Source of the DNA: Malacoraja senta | Lineage: Eukaryota | Length of the DNA: 64,000 nucleotides | Assembly (NCBI GenBank): GCA_038087875.1 | Contig: CM075988.1 | Span: 3,534,001-3,598,000 of the forward strand | Direction of reading: 5' to 3' | Shown here: positions 12,661 through 22,385 of the stretch, piece by piece | How positions within the stretch are numbered: position 1 is the first letter of the stretch | How the letters are laid out: each line of letters starts with the position of its first letter | Made by a program: the position numbers and the translations under genes | Notes under the pieces: model-generated | The model's input: only the letters and a program-made list of their open reading frames with translations | Databases searched by the model: none | What the model was told of the DNA's origin: nothing

Positions 12661-12690
12661 GACTATTCTTCCAAATCCAATGTCAGCCAT
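8905..12690 (-). CDS. Intact L1 ORF2p (APE endonuclease, reverse transcriptase, C-terminal Cys-rich domain), 1261 aa from an ATG located in flanking host sequence
   Basis: SWNIRG, LQETH, GGDFN, SRIDY, SDH, PGPDGF, SLDAEKAFD, QGCSLSP, YADD and CDKC...HSFVFC all lie in one frame with no stops. Confidence 0.9.
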   Translation of the reverse strand: MADIGFGRIVGICSWNIRGINEPIKRGKILAQLKSYNTDIAFLQETHLKQQDQTRLRANWIGQTFHSSFTSKSRGTAIIIRKGIPFKSKNTIVDKEGRYLIVAGEINNMPITLVNIYAPNFDNPQFFNKILNIIAESNYQNVIIGGDFNCVLDPYLDKSMQKQKGQTKSKTSELLHTYMENTNITDVWRIANPTGRDYSFYSMVHKTYSRIDYFLVDTKLISQSLNPKYHINAISDHSPLTFVLKLEGMSMNKPFWRFNSQILKDPQGSIYLKKQMDLFFELNDTPEISPTLLWESFKAFIRGVIISFQAYQNKKNKNEQRHLEDQIKQLDIDNAKDPTMDKHNKILLLKFQLNKLLSEKVITLFQITKQEHFEFGDKPHKLLARQLKKREKENAILKIKSDRGEVLTLPKDINKRFAQFYQNLYTSKTSIDNNKISEFLDNCNLPQLERREQEELGAQITSKEIEDTIKTLKNGKTPGPDGFSNEFYKSFYDIVTPRLQKMYTYAYKEQNLPETLAESTIILILKKDKNIEEPGSYRAIALLNTDQKIIAKTLANRLSKYVSRLIHEDQTGFIPKRHSFNNLRRLLNIMHSHKSYDQELAIISLDAEKAFDQVEWDYMIKVLQKFQLGENFIAWIKLLYNKPTARILTNNILSSKFELSRGNRQGCSLSPLLFALVIEPLAEKIRTHSNIHGYNTKYSNNKLSLYADDVLLYITKPQISIPNILNLIEDFGSFSGYRINWNKSEIMSIKPKDSTHLRKFPFKIAMEKFKYLGIEITRNYHDMFKANYNPLLKKLNNLIKFWKTLPMSLIGRINAIKMIFLPQILYLFQSIPIYLPKKFFKKLDSDITNFIWDYKSHRIQRTHLNKRKELGGLALPNFMYYNWAVNIKNMIHLLDNSAQQVDWIIMEKGDCSPNNIGAIILSPINLNNKNYNKNPIIYSTIRTWKQIKQNLKLRNLSLLIPIVNNPSFKPSIIDKAFIQWERMGIKTLEDLYELEKLLSFQQLQLKYNLKNNHYFKYLQICDYLKTHTKDYYNMPSDLLDEAMKTKAESVNLISYLYNIILNIEIPTTDGIRRDWEQDLGIKISKESWDNHLLQVHKCSINVRHTLIQFKTLHRLYYSKTKLNKIFPNVSPICDKCICQEATIAHSFVFCTKIQKFWFEIFDIFSKLIKIKLVPKPEWIIFGISEGIPELNVYQKNLLNYGLIMGKKLILKFWKNAPTPTIKMWTSNMLETLHLEEMRFLLVGKVDQFQKTWSTFLDLLQA

Positions 12691-13062
12691 TTTCGGTACC
12701 CCTCCCAATACCAACCTCTCTGTTGCGGTGAAACGGGTCCTAGCTTTTACAACCTTGTTAGCCCGGAGACTGATCTTGCTTAGTTGGAGGCTCACCTGTC
12801 CCCCGACACACGCCCGTTGGATTAAGGAGGTGCTTTACAATCTGAAACTTGAAAAACTTAGGTTCTCTCTCAAAGGCTCTACCAAGACATTCCTAGATAC
12901 ATGGAACCCTTTCTTTGAACTGGTTAACTCTCTTACCTTGTCCCCGGACTCGGAAGAGGACTGAGTGTTCTCCATTATCGTTTTGTTCTACAGCAGCTGC
13001 TTTCCCCTTAATCCCCCCTCCCTACAATTGTTTATTTAGATGTGTATGTATATATATATATG

Positions 13063-13123
<61 letters not shown>

Positions 13124-13679
13124 TTTTTTAATTTTTTTTAATTTTTATTTTTTTATTTTTATATAGCACATTTTGTTTAGTCTATTCTACCATTTGTGTG
13201 TGGATGTGTACGTATGTGAGTGTTGTTTGTCCCCGTTTGGCTCCGACCTGACTTGGGTGGGTTGAAGGTGGGTAAGGGTAAGGGTTTTGAGGATTGCTTA
13301 AATACTGTTGTACAATTATGCCTTGATTATTACTGTCTTATTATTGTATGTATGTAAATTGCCGTGAAATTCAAATAAAAAGATCAAATGAAAAAAAAAT
13401 AAAAAAAATCCTTCTCCCCCCAACCCAAAAATGTCAAAATGTTTTAAAAAAACAGCTCTCACCCATAGAATGTTGGTGAAGGTTCCATCGTGTGATGTCA
13501 CAATGCCCAATGCTCACAGATGTCCAAATGGAATGGATCCATTTACATATGCCTTTGCAGCAGCCCCAGCCCCAGCCCCTCCCCCCCACCCCCGCAGCCT
13601 GTGGCGAAGCACGTCATCACGTGTGTGGGAATAGAGAAAGAGGATTGGGGGTGATAGGGAATGGGAAACAGATGGACTG

Positions 13680-14930
13680 TCCCTACGCCTCCCCCTTCCA
13701 GTCTCCCTCCCCACTATTTCCCCTCTCTCCCCCCACCCCTCTCCCCCTCCCTCCACACTCTTCCCCCTCCCTCCCTTACCCCATCTCCCTCCTCCCCTCA
13801 CTCCCCCCTCCCCCACACCTCTCTCCCCCCTCCCCATCCCTCTCTCCCCCTCCCCCATCACTCTCTCCTCCCCTCTCCACCTCCTTCTCCTCACCCTCTC
13901 CCTGTCCCCCCCATCCTCCTCCCACCCATCCCTCTCACCCCCACACCCCTACCCTCTCCCCCTCCCTTCCCCCTCCCCCACCCCCTTCCCTCTCTCCCCC
14001 AGCCCCCTCCCCCCACACCCTTCCCTCCCCCACCCCCTTCCCTCTCTCCCCCACCCCCTACCCCCTCCCCAATCTTCCCCCTCCATCCACACTCTTCCCC
14101 CTCTAACCCCTACCCCATCTCCATCCTCGCCTCCCTCCCCCCTCCCCCACACCTCTCTCCCCTCCCCTCTCTCCTCTCCTCCCCCATCCCTCTCTTGTCC
14201 CCCTCTCCATCTCCCTCTCCATCTCCCTCTCCTCACCCCTCTCCCTCTCCTCCCCCTCACCCCACCCCCATCCCTCCCTCCCCCACCCCCTTCCCTCTCT
14301 ACCCCACCCCTTCCCTATCTCTTCCCGCCCCCTTCCCCTACCCCTCTGTCCCTCTTCCACCACTCCCCTACTCCTCCCTCCCCACTCTTCCACTTCTCTC
14401 CCCCTTACCCCACCCCTCTCCCTCTCCCCCCCACCCCTCTACCTCTGCACTCTCCCCCCTCCCTCCCCTACCCCAACTACCTCCTCCCCTACCCTATCTA
14501 CCTCCTCCACTCCCTCCCCCATCCCTTCCCCCTCCCCCACACCTCTGTACCCCTCCCCCATCCCTCTCTCCCCCTCCCCATCACTCTCTCCTCACCCTCT
14601 CCATCTCCCTCTCCTCACCCTCTCCCTCTCCTCCCCCTCCTCCTCCCACCCCCATCCCTTTCTCCACCACCCCCCTTCCCTCTTACCCTTCCCTCCCCAC
14701 CCCCTTCCCTCTCTCTCCCACCCCCCTCCCCTACCCCCTTCCCTCCCACACCCCCTTCCCTCTCTCTCCCCACCCCCTTCCCCCTCCCCACTCTTCCTCC
14801 TCCATCCACATTCTTCCCCCTCTACCCCCTATCCCTATCTCTGCTCTCTCTCTCTTTGATTTTTATCTTTTTCTCTGCACTCTCTCTCTCTCTCTTCCAC
14901 TCTGTCTGTGCACACTCTCTCTGCCCCCCA
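13680..14930. repeat. Low-complexity polypyrimidine (C/T-rich) tract inside Helitron copy 1
   Basis: About 1.25 kb almost free of G on the plus strand. Confidence 0.95.
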
Positions 14931-15644
14931 CCTCTAGATGCACCTGAGAGGTGAGGGCTATTCGTCAGTGGATAGGGTGGAGATGGGATAAAAGAAGCCA
15001 ATTAATAAAATTGAGATAATATCAAGGGGTGTGATGAGTGTGTGTGTTTGTGGGTGCCAGATTCCCACCCTGCAACCGTGCTTTGGAGGAAGAGACCCAA
15101 TGTGGCTAGTGTGACGCCGCTGCACCCCCCAGCAAACGCGCGTTGGGGAAACAGACCCAACGGGTCTGCACTTGGTCTAGTCTATATTTAAAACTCTGTG
15201 TGTGTGTGTTTGTGTGTCTGCCTGTCTTGTGGCTGTCAGCCTTTGATTCCTTGCTACGCCAACACCACATGCAGAAACGCCGAGATTTTTTCTCCTTTTC
15301 ATTCCAAGTAGCCACTCCTGATTAAATTTCATAGTGTTTATGTACACATTTTAAAATAAAATCCTTCTCTCCCCCCCCCCCAACCCCAAAATTTCAAAAT
15401 GTTTAAAAAAACAACTCTCACCCATAGAATGTTGGTGAAGGTTCCATCGTGTGATGTCACAATGCCCAATGCTCACAGATGTCCAAATGTAATGGATCCA
15501 TTTACATATGCCTTTGCAGCAGCCCCAGCCCCAGCCCCTCCCCCCCACCCCCGCAGCCTGTGTCGAAGTGTGTCATCACGTGTGTGGGAATAGAGAAAGA
15601 GGATTGGGGGTGATAGGGAATGGGGAACAGATGGACTGTCACTA

Positions 15645-17715
15645 CCCCTCCCCCTTCCACTCTCCCTCCCCACTATTTCCCCTCTCTCCCCCCACCTCTC
15701 TCCCCCTCCCTCCTCACACATCCCCCTCCCTCCCCTACCCCATCCCCCTCCTCCCCTCCCTCCCCCCAGCCCCCCTCCCCCACACATCTCTCTCCCCATC
15801 CCTCTCTCCTCCAGTCCCCATCCCTCTCTCCTCCCCCTCTCCAACTCCCTCTCCTCACTCCTCTCCTCCCCTCCTCCCCTCCTCCCTTCCTCCCCTCCTC
15901 CGACCACCCCATCCCTCTCTCCCCACCCCTTCTCCCTCCACACTCTTCCCCCTCCCTCCCCTGCCCCATCTCCCTAATCCCCTCCCTCCCCTATCCCTCA
16001 CCCCCTTCCCCACACCTCTCTCCCCCTCCCCATCCCTCTCTCTCTCCCTCCCCAATCCATCTCTCTTCCCCTCCCTTCCCCCTCTCTCCCCTCTCTCCCC
16101 CCACCCCTTCCCCTACCCCGCTGTCACTCTTCCAACACTACCCCTACCCCTCTCCCCCTCCCTCTCTCCCACTTCCACCACACCCCCTACACCTCTCCCC
16201 CTCCCCATTCTTCCACTTATCTCCCCACCCCCATCCCTCCCCATCTCACTCCCGCACCCCTCTATCCCCCTCACTTCCCTCTCCCTCCACACTCTTCCCC
16301 TCTCTCTCCCCCTACCCCTCTCCCCCTCCATCCACACTCTGCCCCCATCTCCCTCCCCCACCCTCTCTCTCCCCCTCCCTTCCCTCTCCCTCCACACTCT
16401 TGCCCCACCCTCCCCTACCCCCACCCTCACTCCTCTCTCCCCCACCCCCCATCCGTCTCTCCTCGCCTCCCCACCCCTCTCTCCTCCCCCTCTCCATCTC
16501 CCTCTCACTCTCCTACCCTCCTCCTCCCAACCCATCCCTCTCTCTCCCACCCCACCACCCACATCCCTCTCTCCCCACCCCCTTCTCCCTCCCCACTCTT
16601 CCCCCTCCCTCCACACTCTTCCCCCTCTCTCCCCTACCCCATCTCCCTCCTCCCCTCCCTCCCCCTCCCCTTCCCCTCCCCCACACCTCTCTCTCCCCTC
16701 CCCACTCCCCTCTCCTCCCCTGCCCCATCCCTCTCTCCCCCTCCCTCTCATCCTCCTCCTCCTCCTCCTCCCCCCACCCCATTCCTCTCTCCCCCACCCC
16801 CCTTACCTCTCCACCCCATCCCCTTCCCTCTCTCCCCCTGCTCCCCCCTACCCCTCTGTCCCTCTTCCACCACTCCCCCTACCACAATCCCCCTACCACT
16901 CTCCCCATCCCTCCCCACTCTTCCACCTCTCCTCCCTTCCCCACCCTCTCACTCCCTCCCCCACCCTCTCTCTCCCCCTCCCTCCCTCCCTCCCTCCCTC
17001 TCTCCCCCCACCCCCTTCCCCTACCCTCTCTCCCTCTTCCACCCCTCCCCTACCCCCTCACCCTCCCTCTCTCCCACTTCCACTACTCTCCTACACCTCT
17101 CCCCCTCCCTCCCCATTCTTCCACTTATCTCCCCCATCCCTCCCCATCCCCCACCCCTCTCTCCCCCACTCCCTCCCTTCCCTCTCTCTCCACTCTCCCC
17201 CTCCCTACACACTCTTCCCACTCTCTCCTCACCCTCTCCCTCCTCCCCTCCCACCCCCTCTTCACCCCTATCTTCCCCCCACCCCCTTCCCCTCTCTCTT
17301 GCACCACTCCCCGCTACCCCTCTCCCCCTCACTCCCCACTCTTCCCCTCTTGCTCCCCCACCTCTCTTCCTCCCCCCTCCCTCTCTCTCTTCCCCTAATC
17401 CTCTCTCCCCTTCCCCTCATCCCCTCTCTCCACCTCCAACATCCCCTCCCCCCTCTGCCACCCCCCTACCCCTCTCCCCCCTTCCTGCCCTCCCCGCTCT
17501 CCTCCCACTCCCAACTCTCCTCCCCCTCCCTCCCCCACCCTGCTCTCCTCTCCCTCCCCAATCTCTCCCCTTTCCTCCTCCCCCCTCTCCCCTCCCTCCC
17601 CCCTCTCCCCTCCCTCCCCCTCTCCCCTCCCTCCCCTCTTCTGTCCCCACCCCCTCTCCCTCCCCCCCTCCCCTCTTCACTCCCCACCTCGTCTCCCTAT
17701 CCCACCTCCCCCTGC
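15645..17715. repeat. Low-complexity polypyrimidine (C/T-rich) tract inside Helitron copy 2
   Basis: About 2.1 kb almost free of G on the plus strand. Confidence 0.95.
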
Positions 17716-17817
17716 CTGTGTGTTTGGGGGGTGGTTAGTGTGAGTGCGATGCTGCAGCTCCCCTCCCCCCCCGCAAACACGCGTTGGGGAAACAGACCGC
17801 CAACAGGCTCTCTGTCT

Positions 17818-17998
17818 TTAAGAAGGAACTGCAGATGCTGGAAAAACGAAGGTACACAAACAAAAACTGGAGAAACTCAGCAGCATCTATGGATCAAAGG
17901 AAATAGGCAACGTTTCGGGCCAAAGCGTTGCCTATTTCCTTCGCTCCATAGATGCTGCTGCACCCGCTGAGATTCTCCAGCTTTTTTTTTGTACCAGT
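17818..17998. mobile_element. Palindromic Penelope-pLTR mini-element with 10-bp TSD
   Basis: Inverted arms matching 121-196; ctctctgtct at 17808-17817 and 17999-18008. Confidence 0.78.
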
Positions 17999-18829
17999 CT
18001 CTCTGTCTCTCCCCTCTCTCTCTCTCTCTCTCTGCCCTTCACTCTTCACAGCCCGCAGCTCAACTCATGCACGCCCGCTGCAACCCCCCTCACCTCTCTC
18101 CCCATCCTCTCCTTCCTCTCTCCCCCCCTCCTCTCTCCCCCTCCTCTCTCCCCCTCCTCTCCCCCTACTCTCCCCCCTTCCTCTCCCCCCTTCCTCTCCA
18201 CCCTCCTCATCCCCCTCCTCACAATTTTTTTTCTCACATTAAATTTTCTCTCTCTGCCCCCCCCCCCCACCTCTAGACGCACTTGAGAGGTGAGGGCTAT
18301 TCATCAGTGGATAGGGTGGAGATGGGATAAAAGAAGCCAATTAATAAAATTAAGATAATATCAAGGGGTGTGATGAGTTTGTGTGTTTGTCGGTGCCAGA
18401 TTCCCACCCCGCAACCGTGCTTTGGAGGAACAGACCCAACGGGTCTGTACTTGGTCTAGTGTATCTTAAAAGTAGAACAAATGACTGTACAACTTTGAAA
18501 GAAGGGAGCCACCCTCAATTGGATCTAAAATTTTAGTTAGGGAACACTTTGGAAGTTTTTTGTTTTGTAATGCCTGCGATCATCCTCAGTTGGGGAAGAA
18601 GATCTAGGTTCTTGGGGATTAAATGTTTTTTTTTGTTATTGTAAGGGGATGAGGGAAAGGTTTTTGGGTAATGGCAGCTTATTCTTTGATTGTTACAAAT
18701 GCACTCGCCTTTTTTTGTCCTCTTTTTTTTTCCATTGTGGGCTCTCACATGCAGCCTTCGCGTTGTTTTGGATGGCAGACCCTGTATGTATTTTTTAAAT
18801 ATATATTTTGAAATATGTCTAATTGATAT

Positions 18830-21628
18830 TGATGGAGGCTATCCTGTGAGGTTTATATCTTGGAATGCAAAGGGTTTAATGGTCCTGTTAAAAGAGCTAA
18901 CGTTTTTTCTCATCTAAAACAACTAAGAACAGATATACTACTTTTACAAGAAACCCACTTAAGACTGCAAGATCATAATAGACTGTGTAAAACGTGGGTT
19001 AGTCAGACCTTTCACTCCAGATTTAATAGCAGGTCCAGGGGTGTGGCAATATTAATCAACAAAAGAATACAGTTTACACCGTCCGACATAGTCAGTGACC
19101 CTAATTGCTGGTTTATTATAGTTTCCGGGTGTCTTTTTAAAAAAACTGTCATTTTAGTGAATGTTTATGCCCCTAATTGGGATGATGTTCACTTTGCAAA
19201 TAAGGTTTTGTCATTAATACCCGATCTGAACACGCACCAGCTAATTTTTTCGGGAGACCTGAATTGTGCTATTGATCCACTACTTGATAGGTCTAATTCT
19301 AAGGGGACACCTTCTGGTATGGCAAAGACCTTCTCACTGTTTATGCAACAAAATGGTTATATGGACCTCTGGAGATTCCTGAACCCAACGGCTAGACAAT
19401 TCTCTTTTTTTTCTCATGTTCACCATTCTTTTTCCAGAATAGATATTTTTTTTATAGACAGCCCCTTCATTCCTGTGGTTAAGAAATTGAATATACTGCT
19501 ATAGTAATATCAGATCACTCGCCTGTGATACTGGACCTAGGCTTTCCTTTAAACATTAGAGAATGACCTCTCTGGAAACTGAACCCCCTTTTGCCATGAT
19601 CATAATGAATGGCGGTGCTGGCTCGAAGGGCCGAATGGCCTCCTCCTGCACCTAATTTCTATGTTTCTATGTTTTGCTTTCCAATGAAAAATGTTGCAGT
19701 TTTGTAACGGCTAACATAGACACATTCCTCGAGATGAATAAAACCGAGTCCGTATCCTGCTCTTTATTTTGGGAAACTTTAAAAGCCTACTTGAGAGGTC
19801 AAATCATATCTTATACTTCATACGCCAATAAAGAACGCAAGAAGGAAATGCAAACCCTGTTACAATCCATCTTGGCTCTGGATAGGCAATATTCTGAAGC
19901 ACCCACTGCCCAATTATATAAAAGCCTTGCTGATTTACAAATAAAATTCAATCTTCAATCTACTAAGCAAACAGAACAACTAATTCTCAGGACTCGTGGT
20001 CTTTATTATGGTGATAACGGTATATACGGTGATAAGGCGAGCCGGCTTATGGCTCACCAACTGAAGCGTTAATCTGCATCACGACTTATTCCTCAGATAA
20101 GAGACATACACCAGGACATAACAAGCAATCCAAAAGAAATAAACAATACTTTCACAGCCTTTTATTCTTCTCTTTACACCTCAGAATTCCCCTTGGATAC
20201 AATGAATATGGAAAATTTCTTAGACGATTTGGAAATACCCACTCTGGAATTAGAAGGCAGAAGATCTAGACCAGGCCCTTGGGCAGGAAGAGATTAATAA
20301 TGCCATTATGGTGATGCAGAGTGGTAAAACCCCGGGCCCTGACGGCTACCCATTAGAATTTTATAAGAAATTTAAGGATAAGCTCACACCAGTTCTTTTA
20401 GAAATGCTTCAAGAATCTTCGGAAAATGGTTCATTACCCCCCTCCCTTTCACAGGCATCTATTTCACTTCTTAAAAAAGACAAGGATCCGACTCAATGTG
20501 GATCATACCGCCCCATCTCACTTTTGAATGTAGGTGTAAAAATTTTGGCTAAGGCGCTGGCTTGCCGTTTAGAATGCCAACTTCCCAAAATAATCTCAGA
20601 GGATCAAACAGGTTTCCTTAAAAATCGTCATTCCTTTTCTAATATCCACCGACTGGCCAGTGTGGTCTATTCGCCCAGTGCTTCTCCGCGCCCAGAGGTT
20701 GTTATCTCTTTGGACGCAAAGAAGGCATTCGATCGAGTGGAGTGGCCATATTTGTTCAGAGTCGTGGGGAAATTTGGATTCGGCAAAACAATTGTAGCCT
20801 GGGTTAAGCTATTATATCATTCACCTTTAGCATGTATACAGACAAATTATTTGCGATCTGATTATTTTCCATTAACACGCGGCACTCATCAAGGCTGCCC
20901 TTTGTCTCCGCTTCTTTTTGCGATTGCAATTGAGCCTCTCTCTATTGCACTTAAGTCAACCACATTATTCCAGGGCATTAGGAGAGGAAACATGGAACAT
21001 CGTGTGTCTCTATATGCCGAAGACCTCCTTCTTTATGCGAATGACCCTACAGCCAGTGGCCCTGCAATTGTGTCCTTCTTAGATCAGTTTGGAACTTTCT
21101 CTGGCTATAAACTAAACCACCAAAAAAGTGAATGCTTTCCCATCAACCTAGCCCTACAGATCCGACAGGAATCCCTGCCCTTTCCCATATCTCAAGAAGG
21201 TTTTGTATATCTAGGAATACACATTACCCGCTCTTTCACATCCCTGTTTGAAGCTAACTATACGCCTCAAGATAGCCAAATAAAGGCTGACTTTGAGAGA
21301 TGGCGTAGTCTACCTCTCACTATGGCTGGGAGAGTGCAGTCGGTGAAGATGACTGTACTTCCCAGATTTCTTTACTTGTTCCAATGTTTGCCGGTCTTCC
21401 TATCCAAGTCATTTTTTAACTCAGTTAACCAATCTATAACCTCGTTTATATGGGGTAACAAGGTTCCATGGGTCAATAAGTACACTCTCCAAAGAGGTCA
21501 TGAAGTAGGTGGACTGGGCCGTCCTAGCTTTATTCATTATTACTGGGCATCCAATATCCAAAAGATATTATTCTGGCTCCACCGACCAGATACAGACTGG
21601 TGTCTGCTTGAGTCACAGTCTTCTTATT
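18830..21628 (+). pseudogene. Outer L1-B ORF2, EN and RT part (frameshifts and stops)
   Basis: FISWNAKG, LQETH, NVYAPN, GDLN, PGPDGY, SLDAKKAFDRVEW, QGCPLSP, YAED. Confidence 0.92.
19595..19671 (+). mobile_element. CR1 3'-end micro-insertion
   Basis: GGCTCGAAGGGCCGAATGGCCT hairpin plus (TTCTATGT)n; TSD ttttgc at 19589-19594 and 19672-19677. Confidence 0.85.
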
Positions 21629-22138
21629 TTACTTCGGAGTCACGTGAGTGACTACGTGAAGAACCCCGTCAGGGCGCATGCGCGTCATTACGTCGGACGC
21701 ATTGGTGCGAACGGCAGCGGGAGCACGGACCTCCTGCTGCAACGTGAGTAAATACAGCTCCACCAAAGTCGGGGAGACTTTGGAGGAGTTAGAAAAAAGT
21801 AAAGAAATTGTTTCTGTGTGTTTTTCCCCCACATACAGGAACAAGGAAAAGGTGCAGGCTGCTGCCGACAAGGAGAGAGAGAGCTGCGGGACGCAGTCTC
21901 TGAAAGGCAGCCTGTCACCTCGGGGGAGTCGCAAGCCGGTAGCGGTGCGGCGACAGACTTCAGAAAGTGCCCAGCTGGGTGCACAGCCAACGCCAGTCGG
22001 GCGGTCGGCATAAGTTAAGTCTGTCAGGGCTATAGACTCCGCAGAGTCGGGCCACGAGAGTCCCGTCGGGGACAGGATACCGTTCCCCAGTGGTTATCCA
22101 AAAGGAGCAGCTCATACAGGGGCTGCTCCACAGAGACG

Positions 22139-22385
22139 CTCCAGGAGGAGTAGTGCAGGTGGGAAGCCATAGGGAAGGCTCCGCTGGCAGTGCCTAGGAG
22201 AGGTCTGCCTCATAAAGCCACAACTCCAGGAGGAGTAGTGCAGGCGGGACGCCTTAGGGAAGGCTCCGCTGGCAGTGCCTAGGAGAGGTCTGCTTCAGAA
22301 AGCCATACTCCAGGAGGAGTTGTGCAGGCGGGAGGCCGTGGGGACGGCTCCGCTGGCAGTGCCCAGTAGAGGCCTGCTTGAAAGC
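22139..22385 (+). repeat. Three ~84-bp tandem repeats in the DIRS ORF1 region
   Basis: Units begin ctccaggaggagt at 22139, 22224 and 22308. Confidence 0.9.

Larger units (their letters stand above)
6245..13408 (+). mobile_element. 5'-truncated L1 ('L1-C'): ORF2 3' half and 3' UTR, interrupted by two antisense L1s
   Basis: HKVSLYADDLL, LSLVGRINLVKMVVLPKFLYLFQ, GGLALPDF, CNRC...HMFWSC; stop at 12964; AATAAA at 13374; poly(A) at 13391-13408. Confidence 0.92.
6116..15180 (+). mobile_element. Non-autonomous Helitron copy 1, containing a nested L1
   Basis: 5' TC: (TCTA)n from 6116, then TCTATATTTAAAACTC at 6148. The 3' end has hairpin CAGACCC-AAC-GGGTCTG and CTAG at 15177-15180. Body 13409-13760 matches 15362-15720 of copy 2. 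Confidence 0.8.
15181..18459 (+). mobile_element. Non-autonomous Helitron copy 2
   Basis: Starts TCTATATTTAAAACTC directly after the CTAG of copy 1; ends CAGACCCAACGGGTCTG-TACTTGGT-CTAG followed by T; no TSD. Confidence 0.82.

Noticed and set aside
12691..12795. First 35 aa of the 1296-aa ORF
   Set aside because: Antisense of duplicated host L1 sequence, starting at a non-ATG codon; not native ORF2.
5066..13408. One L1 made of ORF1 (5066) plus the ORF2 half at 6245
   Set aside because: A Helitron 5' end separates them, and the TSD pairs ORF1 with the ORF2 at 18830-30315.
13492..17970. Long Pro/Ser/Leu-rich ORFs (428, 820, 592 aa) and Gly/Arg/Glu-rich antisense ORFs
   Set aside because: Stop codons are rare in a C/T tract; several frames are open and there is no domain signal.
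22139..22385. Direct repeats as a CRISPR array
   Set aside because: Contiguous tandem units inside DIRS ORF1, no spacers, no cas genes.
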